Shown here piece after piece: positions 1 to 8,413 of a stretch of DNA of 64,000 nucleotides (the first letter of the stretch is position 1; every line of letters starts with the position of its first letter). This stretch comes from an uncultured Candidatus Saccharibacteria bacterium (GTDB lineage Bacteria; Patescibacteriota; Minisyncoccia; 2-02-FULL-40-12). The notes under the pieces are model-generated. The model was not told the DNA's origin. It made no database searches and was given only the letters and a program-made list of their open reading frames with translations. The stretch lies in assembly GCA_964368135.1 (NCBI GenBank), contig CAYIZI010000001.1, positions 42,926 to 106,925 of the forward strand, in the 5' to 3' direction. The translations under genes were made by a program, and so were the position numbers.

Positions 1-2
1 TC

Positions 3-125
3 AAGGTTGAAATCTGTTCTGCTTGCCATCCTTTTTACACCGGCAAAGGTAAGATAGTTGATACTAAAGGAAGAGTGGAAAGATTTAAACGTAGATTAGA
101 AAAAACCCGAAAGAGAAAAAAATAA
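3..125 (+). CDS. rpmE: 50S ribosomal protein L31, 3' end only (gene truncated by window edge)
   Basis: Frame 3 translates [40 protein letters not shown]-stop. The CHPFYTGK block is the conserved L31 C-terminus. Confidence 0.8.
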   Translation, partial: KVEICSACHPFYTGKGKIVDTKGRVERFKRRLEKTRKRKK

Positions 126-135
126 CATCCCAATC

Positions 136-156
136 TACAAATTCGTAAATTGGAAT
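136..156 (+). promoter_or_regulatory. Upstream box TACAAATTCGTAAATTGGAAT, repeated in related form at 1008-1026 ahead of the next gene
   Basis: Near-identical ~20-nt motif plus a similar start context (AATGAnATATGG) precedes both + strand genes at 169 and 1025. TTCGTAAATT also occurs at 159-169 and 941-950. Confidence 0.3.
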
Positions 157-168
157 TCATTCGTAAAT

Positions 169-906
169 TTGAATGATATGGACGAAGTCATTATGGAAAT
201 CCGGGCCGGAACCGGCGGTGAAGAAGCAGCCCTCTTTGCCTCTAATCTATTCAATATGTATAAAAAATACGCCCTTAAGCAGGGATGGAAATTTAACATT
301 CTTGATTATAGCCCCACTACTTTAGGCGGCTTCAGGCAGATTACTTTTGAAATAGCCGGGCCAGAGGTGTTAAAAAAACTTGCTCGGGAAGCCGGAGTCC
401 ACCGGGTTCAGCGGATCCCTAAAACCGAAAAATCGGGGCGGGTTCACACCTCCACGGCCACGGTGGCCGTCCTGCCTAAAGTAAAAGAAACCGATGTTAA
501 AATAAATCCAAACGACTTAGAGGTCTCTTTCTTCCGTTCATCCGGGCCAGGCGGCCAAAATGTCCAAAAAGTTGAAACCGCCGTCCGGATTAGACATAAA
601 CCGACCGGTATTGTAGTATCCTCTCAAGAAGAACGTTCCCAGCAAAGAAACCGGGATAAAGCCCTGGAAATTCTAAGGTCCAAGCTATGGCAGGCCCGGC
701 AGGAAAAGCAAAGCGGCGAGATAACCGAAGAAAGAAGAAAACAGATCGGGCAAGCCCAAAGGGCGGAAAAAATAAGAACCTATAATTTTCCTCAAGACCG
801 AGTGACTGACCACCGAGTTAAAAAGAGCTGGGGCAATTTAGAAGGAATAATGGATGGTGAATTAGACAAGATCGTTGAAGTTCTTTCAAAAAAGAGTAAT
901 AAATAA
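169..906 (+). CDS. prfA: Peptide chain release factor 1-like protein lacking N-terminal domain 1 (RF domains 2-4 only)
   Basis: GGQ motif (SGPGGQNVQK), an RF1-type PxT tripeptide (RIPKTEKSGR) and strong similarity to RF1 domains 2-4. The frame is closed by TAG at 97-99, so only TTG169 or ATG178 can start it, giving ~245 aa against ~360 for canonical RF1. Confidence 0.8.
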   Translation: MNDMDEVIMEIRAGTGGEEAALFASNLFNMYKKYALKQGWKFNILDYSPTTLGGFRQITFEIAGPEVLKKLAREAGVHRVQRIPKTEKSGRVHTSTATVAVLPKVKETDVKINPNDLEVSFFRSSGPGGQNVQKVETAVRIRHKPTGIVVSSQEERSQQRNRDKALEILRSKLWQARQEKQSGEITEERRKQIGQAQRAEKIRTYNFPQDRVTDHRVKKSWGNLEGIMDGELDKIVEVLSKKSNK

Positions 907-953
907 CACCAAATATACGAATGTATCCCTATCTGCGAATCTTCGTAAATTGA

Positions 954-1003
954 TCGTCGAAGGTTCCGCCGATTAGCGAAGCTAATCGTAGCGGAATCGC
1001 TGT
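954..1003 (+). other. Conserved ~50-nt hairpin-containing motif, copy 1 (second copy at 60408-60456)
   Basis: TCGTCGAAGGTTCCGCC - GATTAGC-GAA-GCTAATC - GTAGCGGAATCGCTGT. Both flanks are identical in copy 2, but the internal hairpin differs there (CCCGAC-GTAA-GTCGGG) while still pairing. Confidence 0.4.
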
Positions 1004-1007
1004 TGAA

Positions 1008-1026
1008 TACATTTGTAGATTGGAAT
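1008..1026 (+). promoter_or_regulatory. Second copy of the upstream box (TACATTTGTAGATTGGAAT)
   Basis: See feature 136-156. It lies immediately 5' of the start at 1025/1034. Confidence 0.3.
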
Positions 1027-1675
1027 GAGATATATGGCCGAAGAACAGCAAAACCAAGGAATGAGAGCTTTGATCCCAGAATCAAGACAATCCGAGTTAA
1101 AGCCAGAGCCGCCTCAACAACCCCCCCAATTACCTGGTCCAGTTTTTGAACCAAAGCCGGGTTGGGGAGGAAAATTCTCAAATTGGTGGAAAAAGAATTT
1201 CATCAAAGTGGCTCTGCCGATAATCATAGCGGCGGTTATAGTAGCAGTAACTATCTTTCTTAGAACCAGGCAAGAACCGGAACAAGAATCCAAGACCCAA
1301 GTTCCCGGAGCTACCGACCAAATTAGGACTGAAGAACAAGTAATCGTTGAAGAAATAACCACTGAAGAAGGCCGGGTTGAAAGCATTTACCGGGCTGCCG
1401 CCCAAAAAGGTGAAGGCACCACTCACTTAGCCAGAAAAGCTTTGAAAGAGTATCTAAAAGAAAACTCATCGGCTGGCGAAGGACTAAGGGCCGAGCATAA
1501 AATTTACATTGAGGACTACCTGAAAGACCAGCACGGAGAAAGATTTTTGGAAATAGGCGAAGAACTGGAATTCTCCTCCAACGACATTACTCAAGCGGTT
1601 GAAATGGCGAAAAGTTTATCGGAAAATCAATTATCCAACTTGAGCCAATTTGTTCCGCTGGTCTCGGGGTTATAG
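1025..1675 (+). CDS. Hypothetical membrane-anchored protein (Pro/Gln-rich N-terminus, single TM helix, Glu-rich C-terminal region)
   Basis: 216-aa ORF with hydrophobic segment VALPIIIAAVIVAVTIF. The alternative ATG at 1034 matches the start context of the preceding gene. No recognisable family. Confidence 0.5.
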   Translation: MRYMAEEQQNQGMRALIPESRQSELKPEPPQQPPQLPGPVFEPKPGWGGKFSNWWKKNFIKVALPIIIAAVIVAVTIFLRTRQEPEQESKTQVPGATDQIRTEEQVIVEEITTEEGRVESIYRAAAQKGEGTTHLARKALKEYLKENSSAGEGLRAEHKIYIEDYLKDQHGERFLEIGEELEFSSNDITQAVEMAKSLSENQLSNLSQFVPLVSGL

Positions 1676-1770
1676 CAAATTGATTTTTTGCTATAACGGG
1701 CATTTTAGGCGAGCGTACTGGCTCGCCGTAAAAATGCCCCGGGTTTCGCCCAGAAGGCGAAAATAAACTA

Positions 1771-1798
1771 AAAATCCGCCTCACCGGCGGATTTTTAG
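1771..1798. terminator. Bidirectional intrinsic terminator between convergent genes
   Basis: AAAAATCCGCC-TCACC-GGCGGATTTTT stem-loop flanked by A-run and T-run, between the + gene ending 1675 and the - gene ending 1800. Confidence 0.6.
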
Positions 1799-1799
1799 T

Positions 1800-2498
1800 T
1801 TATTTCTTTTCCTTGCCCTCCGAAGCCTTGGCGGAGGGAGGTTCTTTCCCTTTTTCCGTAGCCGGCGCTTCTGCCTCTGGTTTTTCCTCCTTTTTAATAA
1901 CCTCAACCTCCTCAACTGACGGCGGCGCCGCTTCTTCAATCTCCTCTTTTCTCGGCTCCTGAACAAGGGCAATCACGTCTTCGGGGTTGGCATTAATTTT
2001 CACCTTATCTGACAAAAGAATATTTTTAATTTTCACTTCATCGCCGAAATTATTTAAAACTGAAATATCAATCTGAAGTTCGTGGGGCAAATCCTGGGGC
2101 AGGGCTTCCACTTCAAGTTCATTGACCGTCTTAACCAAAATACCGCCGCTTTTAACCGCTTCTGATTCGCCTATCACGACAACTTGAACATTTGCCTTTA
2201 TTTTTTCCAAAAGATTAACTTTATAAAAATCGGCGTGAGTAATCTGATCGGTGATCGGATCTCTCTGAATATCTTTTATCACTGCCGGCTCAACTTTCGC
2301 CCCTATTTTTAAATTTATCAAAGTTGACTCACCGGCTTTTTTAAAGACTTTTTCAAAATCTGTGTATTTAATCTGAATCGGAACTGTCGCAAAGTCGTGG
2401 CCATAAACAACCGATGGCAAAAACCCCTCTTTTCTCAAAGAATTAAGCGCCTTCCCGACTGATTCGCGTTTCTGGGCCTGGAGTTCAATACGATCCAT
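1800..2498 (-). CDS. rplY: 50S ribosomal protein L25 / general stress protein Ctc with a Lys/Glu/Pro-rich C-terminal tail
   Basis: MDRIELQAQKRE...GFLPSVVYGH matches the L25/Ctc N-terminal domain. The start is taken at the internal Met (2498), because the 41-aa upstream extension in the ORF track is not protein-like. Confidence 0.8.
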   Translation of the reverse strand: MDRIELQAQKRESVGKALNSLRKEGFLPSVVYGHDFATVPIQIKYTDFEKVFKKAGESTLINLKIGAKVEPAVIKDIQRDPITDQITHADFYKVNLLEKIKANVQVVVIGESEAVKSGGILVKTVNELEVEALPQDLPHELQIDISVLNNFGDEVKIKNILLSDKVKINANPEDVIALVQEPRKEEIEEAAPPSVEEVEVIKKEEKPEAEAPATEKGKEPPSAKASEGKEKK

Positions 2499-2566
2499 AA
2501 CGAAAAAAGTATAGAGTATCTGATAAAAATTATCAAGTATAAAAAGAGGGTCGTTTTTCGCTTTCC

Positions 2567-4033
2567 TTATTCTTCTGGTAATTCTTCTTTCTGAACCTTG
2601 GGCCTCTGTTTCTCCAACCACTCTTTCACCATCATCGTGGCCCGCGCGTCATCTTCATTGTATTTGATGAGCTTATTTAAAAATTCTTTCTTCTGCGTCT
2701 GAAGCCATTGGTCATACCACAAAACCGCTTCTCCCCCGCCCGCGCCTTCATCCTGCCACTTATAACCGGCATAACCAGCCACATCTTTTAAACTATAAAA
2801 ATACAACGGCAGAACTACTGAACCGGTTGTAATGTAATACAAATCTAAACTATTTTCCCTGAATTTCCTCATTAAGTCTGATTGAGGGCCATATCTTTTT
2901 TCCAACCGATTTAAAACATGCTTCTCATAATATCCGTAATGGTAGAGAACAAAATTTTCCTGCTTCTCTAAAAATTTTAAAAAATCTTGCCAGATTTTTT
3001 CCTCGTCTTTTTTGTTTTTAGCCAAATAGTATTCAAAGCTTGGAGTTTTTCGGTCAGCTTTTTTAATTAATAATCCAAAGAGAAAATCTGTCCCCTGGGT
3101 TGGATCGCTTTCAACATCAAAATAAATTTCGGTTTCTGCTTCCGGAAAATTATATTTTTGGATAATTAGGGGTTGGTCTGAAACCAGGACTTGGGCCTGA
3201 TTATGGAGCCGGACCAACTTATCAAAATTCCAGCTCGAGAGACTGTCGCGCAACCAAGACAAATCTGCTTCGGCCATGTCTTTCAATGTTTTTATACCTA
3301 TTTCATAAAGCTCTTTTTGGTCTCTCTGGCTGATTCCGTGAATTAAAGAAACATCATCACAGCCTCTGGAATCTTGCTCGCAAATTGAAAACCAGGGGCT
3401 TCTTTTGCAGCCACCTTTCAAAAAAGGCACTGGTTTTTCACCATTCAGAACTTTTTCTATTTCCTGCAAAGTAAAATTAAATCTATCCAAAAAAGGCTCA
3501 ATTAAAAAAGATCTGGTTTCACCGTCAGCATTTATGATTACTGCTTCGGCCGGCCGGATGCCCTGGATGTTTTCCAGAATCAAACTGGCGAATACCAAAG
3601 GGAATTTATATTCATCCCGAAGCTCTGGGTCGTTTCTGATATCGTAAGCTACATAGTACCAATCACCGAAATTACTCTTGCGGACTTTCTCGCCAAAGTC
3701 TTTAAGTTCGCTAATCGGCCGGGCTTCAATAAAATCAGGCTCGCCGACCCAGTGATGATGCATTAAAACTGGTTTATAAATATTTTTACCCTGTTTCATC
3801 AGTTCAACTGTGGCTAAAAATGCCTCATCAAGATCATTATAAAGTTCTGGCTTTATTTCCACGAATTCTTTTTGAGACAAGACTTTGTGCGGCTCGCGGA
3901 TGCGGCCAGAATAAAGCATCTCCAAAACCGGCGGAATATGTTTATGCTTTTTCTGGTCTTCGTAAATGTCATACCAAATCCAATGAGGGCAAAGGAAAAA
4001 TTTATAGAAGTGTTCGGATTTTATTTTTTGCAT
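2567..4033 (-). CDS. RecB-family PD-(D/E)xK nuclease with a C-terminal RNase H-like (DnaQ-like) domain, TM0106-like
   Basis: 488-aa protein carrying YFDVESDP and HYGYYEK motifs typical of the RNase H-like exonuclease fold, plus an N-terminal Cys/His-containing nuclease-like region. The family assignment is from memory of TIGR03491-type proteins. Confidence 0.5.
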   Translation of the reverse strand: MQKIKSEHFYKFFLCPHWIWYDIYEDQKKHKHIPPVLEMLYSGRIREPHKVLSQKEFVEIKPELYNDLDEAFLATVELMKQGKNIYKPVLMHHHWVGEPDFIEARPISELKDFGEKVRKSNFGDWYYVAYDIRNDPELRDEYKFPLVFASLILENIQGIRPAEAVIINADGETRSFLIEPFLDRFNFTLQEIEKVLNGEKPVPFLKGGCKRSPWFSICEQDSRGCDDVSLIHGISQRDQKELYEIGIKTLKDMAEADLSWLRDSLSSWNFDKLVRLHNQAQVLVSDQPLIIQKYNFPEAETEIYFDVESDPTQGTDFLFGLLIKKADRKTPSFEYYLAKNKKDEEKIWQDFLKFLEKQENFVLYHYGYYEKHVLNRLEKRYGPQSDLMRKFRENSLDLYYITTGSVVLPLYFYSLKDVAGYAGYKWQDEGAGGGEAVLWYDQWLQTQKKEFLNKLIKYNEDDARATMMVKEWLEKQRPKVQKEELPEE

Positions 4034-5289
4034 TATCTAAAAATTGCTTTTAAAAAAATTCTGGTCACGTAAACGGCGCTGAAGATGCTGAAAATTGTGC
4101 CGATGGCCAAGGTTAAGGCAAAACCTTTGACCAGTGAGGCGGCAAAAATGTAAAGAATAACTGCGGCAATCAATGTGGTAATCTGCGAGTCGCGGATTGA
4201 AGACCAGGCCCGGTTAAAACCAATATCAATCGCCGCGGCCCTGTTTTTTCCATCTTTTAATTCTTCTTTAATCCTTGAAAAAATCAAAATGTTGCCGTCC
4301 ACGGCCATACCCAAAGACAAAATGAACCCGGCTATGCCAGATAGAGTCAGGGTCACCGGGATAAGTTTAAAAACAGCAAGAACCAAAACAGTATAAAAAG
4401 CCAGAGCAAAAACTGAAACCAGACCAAAACCGCGGTAAAAAATAATCATAAACAAAACCAAGGCCAATAAACCGTAAACTCCGGCCTGCAAACTTTTTTC
4501 CAAATATTCCCTCCCCAGAGTCGGCCCAATTGTCTGCTGGGAAATAAGACCTATCGGTACCGGCAAAGCTCCAGCTGAAAGCCGCTGAGCCAAGTTTCTA
4601 GCCTCATTAATGGTAAACCGCCCGCTAATTACGGCTTGGCCATTAGCTATCTCATCTTGAACTATGGGAGCGCTGATCGGCTGGCCATCAAGAAAAATAG
4701 CCAGGGGTTTGCCTAAATTTCTTTTTGTAATTTCAGAAAGCAATCTTGTTCCCTCGTCATTAAACTCTAAACTTACCAGCGGCAAATTTGTATTTGGGTC
4801 AAAAGCAAGAAAGGCTCGCTTTAATTGCTTACCGGTTAAGCCGGTTGAAACAAAGCCAGATGCCTCGGCCACAACCTCGCCTTCAGCTTCAATTTCCGGC
4901 AGTTCAATATTAACTAATTCTCTAAACTCCAAAAAAGGCGTTTCCCCTATCAGTTTAATCGCTTCGGCAGTATCTTTGACTTGAGGTAATTCAACAATCA
5001 ATCTATTCTCGCCGCTCACCTGAATATTTGGCTCAGCGACGCCAAAAATATTAACCCGCCTTTCGATAACGTCTCTAACCCCTGCCATTGAATCTTCTCT
5101 ATCGCCCGGCGGCACCGCGGTTAAATCAGCCTCATAAACTAAATGGGCCCCGCCAAGCAAATCAAGGCCTAATCGAAACGGTTTTTCCGGAATTTTTATG
5201 TTTAAAGAAACAAGCCACCCACTGGCCAGTTGCGGATAAACAAAAAAAGCCAGGAGAACTAAAACTATTGTTAAAATTAAAACCTTCAT
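4033..5289 (-). CDS. secD: Protein translocase subunit SecD
   Basis: N-terminal TM helix, the LGLDLLGGAHLVYEAD periplasmic-domain signature and a C-terminal 6-TM bundle. No secF is adjacent. Confidence 0.85.
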   Translation of the reverse strand: MKVLILTIVLVLLAFFVYPQLASGWLVSLNIKIPEKPFRLGLDLLGGAHLVYEADLTAVPPGDREDSMAGVRDVIERRVNIFGVAEPNIQVSGENRLIVELPQVKDTAEAIKLIGETPFLEFRELVNIELPEIEAEGEVVAEASGFVSTGLTGKQLKRAFLAFDPNTNLPLVSLEFNDEGTRLLSEITKRNLGKPLAIFLDGQPISAPIVQDEIANGQAVISGRFTINEARNLAQRLSAGALPVPIGLISQQTIGPTLGREYLEKSLQAGVYGLLALVLFMIIFYRGFGLVSVFALAFYTVLVLAVFKLIPVTLTLSGIAGFILSLGMAVDGNILIFSRIKEELKDGKNRAAAIDIGFNRAWSSIRDSQITTLIAAVILYIFAASLVKGFALTLAIGTIFSIFSAVYVTRIFLKAIFR

Positions 5290-6164
5290 AAATTCAGAAA
5301 TACTTTCACTTTTTTTTCTACGACTTCTTGCATTTTTTCAACCGCTTCTTCTAAGAACTTGTAAGGCGTTGTTTCAGCCGGAGCTTCTTTTAACTTCTCG
5401 TCTAATCCTTTACGATAAGCCACTCTGACTTCGGTGTTTATATGAATATTAATGACGCCGTTTTCAATAGCTTTTTTAAAATCTTTATCGTCCAAACCAG
5501 AACCGCCGTGTAAGACAAGAAAAGTTTGGGGCACGGCCTCGTTTATTTTTCTAAGCAAAGAGAAATCTAATTTTTCTTCTTGTTTGGTGACTACGCCGTG
5601 AATATTGCCGAAAACCACGGCTAATCGGTCAACCCCGGTTTTTTCAACGAACTCCTTAGCTTCCTCGGGTTTAGTAAAATCTTCTGATTTTATCGCAATT
5701 GTTTCCTGAAGTTTTGACTCCCCTTTTAAATAACCCAACTCGCCCTCAACGGTAATTCGTCCATTTTTGGATTTGGCATAATCTCTAACCCGGTGTGCCA
5801 CTTTTATATTTTCTTCAAATGGCAAAGATGAGGAATCAATCAGTACGGTGTCATAACCAGCGTCCAGGGCCTCTTTGCAGGATTCAAAGCTTTTATGGTG
5901 GTCAGCGTTTAAAAAAATAGCTAAGTTAGTGTCTGACTTCCAAGCATCAACCAATTTTCTGGCTTCTTTATAGCCCAAAAACTTCGCCTCGCCCTCGCTT
6001 GTACCGACCATTAAAGCATACTGATCGTAGGGTAAATTATAAAAATCCAAGACCTTCTTAAATCCCAAAACAATGGCCTTCAATTGTTCCGCCGACGCAA
6101 AATTAAAATGCGGGACAGCAAAATGTTTTTCCTTGGCAATTTTTAAATAATCATTTAAATTCAT
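5286..6164 (-). CDS. fba: Class II fructose-bisphosphate aldolase family protein
   Basis: KHFAVPHFNF ... LVLHGGSGL ... INIHINTE motifs of class II FBA/tagatose-bisphosphate aldolases. Confidence 0.8.
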   Translation of the reverse strand: MNLNDYLKIAKEKHFAVPHFNFASAEQLKAIVLGFKKVLDFYNLPYDQYALMVGTSEGEAKFLGYKEARKLVDAWKSDTNLAIFLNADHHKSFESCKEALDAGYDTVLIDSSSLPFEENIKVAHRVRDYAKSKNGRITVEGELGYLKGESKLQETIAIKSEDFTKPEEAKEFVEKTGVDRLAVVFGNIHGVVTKQEEKLDFSLLRKINEAVPQTFLVLHGGSGLDDKDFKKAIENGVINIHINTEVRVAYRKGLDEKLKEAPAETTPYKFLEEAVEKMQEVVEKKVKVFLNL

Positions 6165-7441
6165 TAAAGTTCAATATATCCCTTTATGATATTGTCTTCA
6201 ATCAGTTCATTCATTTTCTCGCGGCCCAAATACTCAATAAAAATCTTGTTCCAAAGCGCTTCCTCTTGATGGTATAAATATTTAACTTCTTCTTTTTTGA
6301 CCAAAGTCATTACCAAATCAATCAAATCAAAACTAACCAGCTCATCACCGAAAAAGTCGCCGACAAAATCCAGTTCTTTCCATAAAAAACCAGAACCAAG
6401 TTTGCCTAAGCTTTCCTCGGCTTTAAACCAATGCTCTGCCTCCGGATTAACATGCGGTTCAAAAAGCCGGAAATCATTTTCGTCATCCTTAGCTAAATAT
6501 CTTTGAACAATTCGCCAATTTAATTTTCCCTTATCCGACAAAGGCCCTTCTAAAATATCTCCGCGAAGAAGCGATTTTAACCTCCCAACGAAATCTGACC
6601 CTGTTGAAAAACGCCTGAATAATTTTGAGTAAAACGGAACTTCGTTAAGATAATGGAGAAGTAAAGTAAAGATTCTTAAGATTTCGCCGGGCGTATCCAG
6701 TTTAAGAGGAATTATAAAAATTATTCCGAGTTCTTTAAGATGGCTCACATTATGATATTTCTTTTCCAGAAACTTTCCTACCCCGTAGGGTCGCGAAGCG
6801 ACTCCTTCGGGGTCGGCCACGCCCAACCACTTCTCTTCCAAAACCTTTAATTGTATCGGCCGTTCTTCAAAATCTTCGGGCTTTAAATTATCGTAGGCCT
6901 CGTCAAAAAACTTGTGCATCCACTCGGTATTTTGGGTGAATCGCAAAGCCGCAAAAACCGATTCAAGGGATTCTTTGTCTATCAGTTCGCGAACATCTTT
7001 ATAGCCGAAAAAATCCAAAAGATTCTGCGGCGGATATTCCCCCAGGAGTTCAACTGCCTTATCTTTCTTTATAAAAAAGCCGGCTGTGCCCTCCGAAGCT
7101 TTAGCGAAGGAGGGTTCTTTTACTAAATTAACAGCTACTTCACACATCTTGCCGCAAACCATAGAAATTTTACTTAAATCCGGCCTATCTAAAATCTCAA
7201 AAAGCTCTTTATCTAAATGAATGAGTCTTGCCTGCAAAGCATCGCGGACTTTCTTCGCCCCGGCCTCTTTTGATAAACCCAATTCATCCAAAGTCCGATT
7301 AACCAATAAATCATTCTCCTCAACGATTTTCTCAATCACCCCCCTTTTCCCGGTAATTGAAGACATTTTTTGTTCCAAATCCAAAAGCACCTCCGGCCTT
7401 ACTCGTAAAATTTTTGCTAATCGATTAAACGGATCAAGCAT
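6164..7441 (-). CDS. Hypothetical soluble protein (425 aa), translationally coupled to fba
   Basis: Long ORF with protein-like composition. Its stop overlaps the fba start. I could not recognise a family-specific motif. Confidence 0.5.
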   Translation of the reverse strand: MLDPFNRLAKILRVRPEVLLDLEQKMSSITGKRGVIEKIVEENDLLVNRTLDELGLSKEAGAKKVRDALQARLIHLDKELFEILDRPDLSKISMVCGKMCEVAVNLVKEPSFAKASEGTAGFFIKKDKAVELLGEYPPQNLLDFFGYKDVRELIDKESLESVFAALRFTQNTEWMHKFFDEAYDNLKPEDFEERPIQLKVLEEKWLGVADPEGVASRPYGVGKFLEKKYHNVSHLKELGIIFIIPLKLDTPGEILRIFTLLLHYLNEVPFYSKLFRRFSTGSDFVGRLKSLLRGDILEGPLSDKGKLNWRIVQRYLAKDDENDFRLFEPHVNPEAEHWFKAEESLGKLGSGFLWKELDFVGDFFGDELVSFDLIDLVMTLVKKEEVKYLYHQEEALWNKIFIEYLGREKMNELIEDNIIKGYIEL

Positions 7442-7482
7442 GAAACCAGTATAAAATATTTGGTATTAAATATAAAGAAAAT

Positions 7483-7511
7483 GGCGGGAACTCTGCAAAA
7501 GAATTCCCGCC
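7483..7511 (-). terminator. Intrinsic terminator downstream of the sigma-factor gene
   Basis: GGCGGGAACTC-TGCAAAA-GAATTCCCGCC stem-loop. On the minus strand it is followed by a T-rich tract. Confidence 0.5.
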
Positions 7512-7512
7512 T

Positions 7513-8193
7513 TTAACTATCTAAAAGTTTGATCCGAATCTTGTTGATGGCTTTGGTGTGAAGTTGCCGGACTTTGCTCTCAACGACCCCGAGAACCTGT
7601 CCGATCTGCTTAAAGGTGGCATCTTCGAAGTAATAAAGATGCACCACAATTCTTTCTTGCCGAGACAGCGTTGCAATTACATTCCTGAGACGCTTTTGGG
7701 TTTCTTTTCTTTCATATATTTTTTCTGGCGACTCAGGTTGGGGCGGGACAACTTCATCCGGCAACATCGCCGTTTCACCATTCAAACCGGCTATTGATTC
7801 CATGGCTCTGATCCGCCAAATCGTTCGCCTTATGCCTTTCTTCCAGCCGAGTCGAGCAGCTAACTCGGCATAAGAAGGTCCTTCTCCCAGTTCGGCTCGC
7901 AAGGATTCTTCAGCCTCCAAAAGCCGCCGCCTTTGTTTACGTATGGACCGCGGCCAAGCATCATGACGCATACCGTCCATCATCGCCCCGCGAATCCGTT
8001 TTGCAGCAAAAGTCTTGAGCTTGATGCCGCGGCTTTCATCAAATCGGCTGAGAGCATCAATCAAACCGATTACGCCGTATTGAACAAGGTCGTTCGCCTC
8101 AACGCTGGACGGCAGTCCTTTTGCCATATTCCAGGCAATCTGCTTAATAAGTGGAAGGGTCTCAACAATTTTCGAAGAATGATCTTCTGTCAA
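7513..8193 (-). CDS. RNA polymerase sigma factor, sigma-70 family group 3 (FliA/WhiG/SigB-like)
   Basis: The region 2 motif LVQYGVIGLIDALSRFD and the region 4 HTH LSRQERIVVHLYYFEDATFKQIGQVLGVVESKVRQLH. Visibly more GC-rich than neighbouring genes. Confidence 0.75.
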   Translation of the reverse strand: MTEDHSSKIVETLPLIKQIAWNMAKGLPSSVEANDLVQYGVIGLIDALSRFDESRGIKLKTFAAKRIRGAMMDGMRHDAWPRSIRKQRRRLLEAEESLRAELGEGPSYAELAARLGWKKGIRRTIWRIRAMESIAGLNGETAMLPDEVVPPQPESPEKIYERKETQKRLRNVIATLSRQERIVVHLYYFEDATFKQIGQVLGVVESKVRQLHTKAINKIRIKLLDS

Positions 8194-8361
8194 AGTACAT
8201 CACCTCCTAACCGTTAAACCTACTCTATACCTATCAAAAAATTTCAACTTCTACCTGATAGAGATTGATTCCGGAAAAGCTGACTCTGAATTCACCTTGT
8301 ATACTTCACCTCTTTTCCAATCAAAATATATTACTTTTAAAATAAAGCGGCAAGTTAAAAT

Positions 8362-8388
8362 AAAAAAATGGCGAGGAATACTCGCCCC
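8362..8388 (-). terminator. Intrinsic terminator downstream of the PfkB-kinase gene
   Basis: On the minus strand GGCGAG-TATTC-CTCGCC is followed by TTTTTTT. Confidence 0.5.
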
Positions 8389-8413
8389 CACACTATTTCA
8401 AAGTTAGTCAAGA

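Noticed and set aside
792-1426. Minus-strand ORFs 792-1181, 1114-1386 and 1178-1426, plus many 60-110-aa ORFs antisense to long genes (for example 3405-3647, 4664-4984, 18063-18441, 32477-32902)
   Set aside because: They are embedded antisense or out of frame within well-supported genes, have low-complexity or hydrophobic composition, and have no start context.
1698-1739. 42-nt near-perfect inverted repeat GGGCATTTTAGGCGAGC-GTACTG-GCTCGCCGTAAAAATGCCC, considered as the terminator for the gene ending at 1675
   Set aside because: No T-run follows it on either strand. The adjacent 1771-1798 hairpin has proper A/T flanks and is the better terminator. The long IR may still be a structural or regulatory element but I cannot assign it.
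1781-1972. Arg/Lys-rich 63-aa ORF (MPLFRSREKRRLKKRRRRQ...)
   Set aside because: It lies entirely inside the Lys/Glu-rich C-terminal tail of rplY in another frame, a typical shadow ORF of a charged low-complexity region.
2499-2621. 41-aa N-terminal extension of rplY, and the similar hydrophobic or odd extensions on trxB, pth, the pseudopilin, DUF192 and the PMT-like gene
   Set aside because: In each case a conserved family N-terminus (MDRIEL, MNKYDL, MKVKLIVGLGNPG, etc.) begins at an internal Met, and the extension is just the longest-ORF artefact.
4033-5289. SecDF fusion
   Set aside because: 418 aa with a single 6-TM bundle fits SecD alone. No SecF-like second bundle is present, and the next gene is a nuclease.
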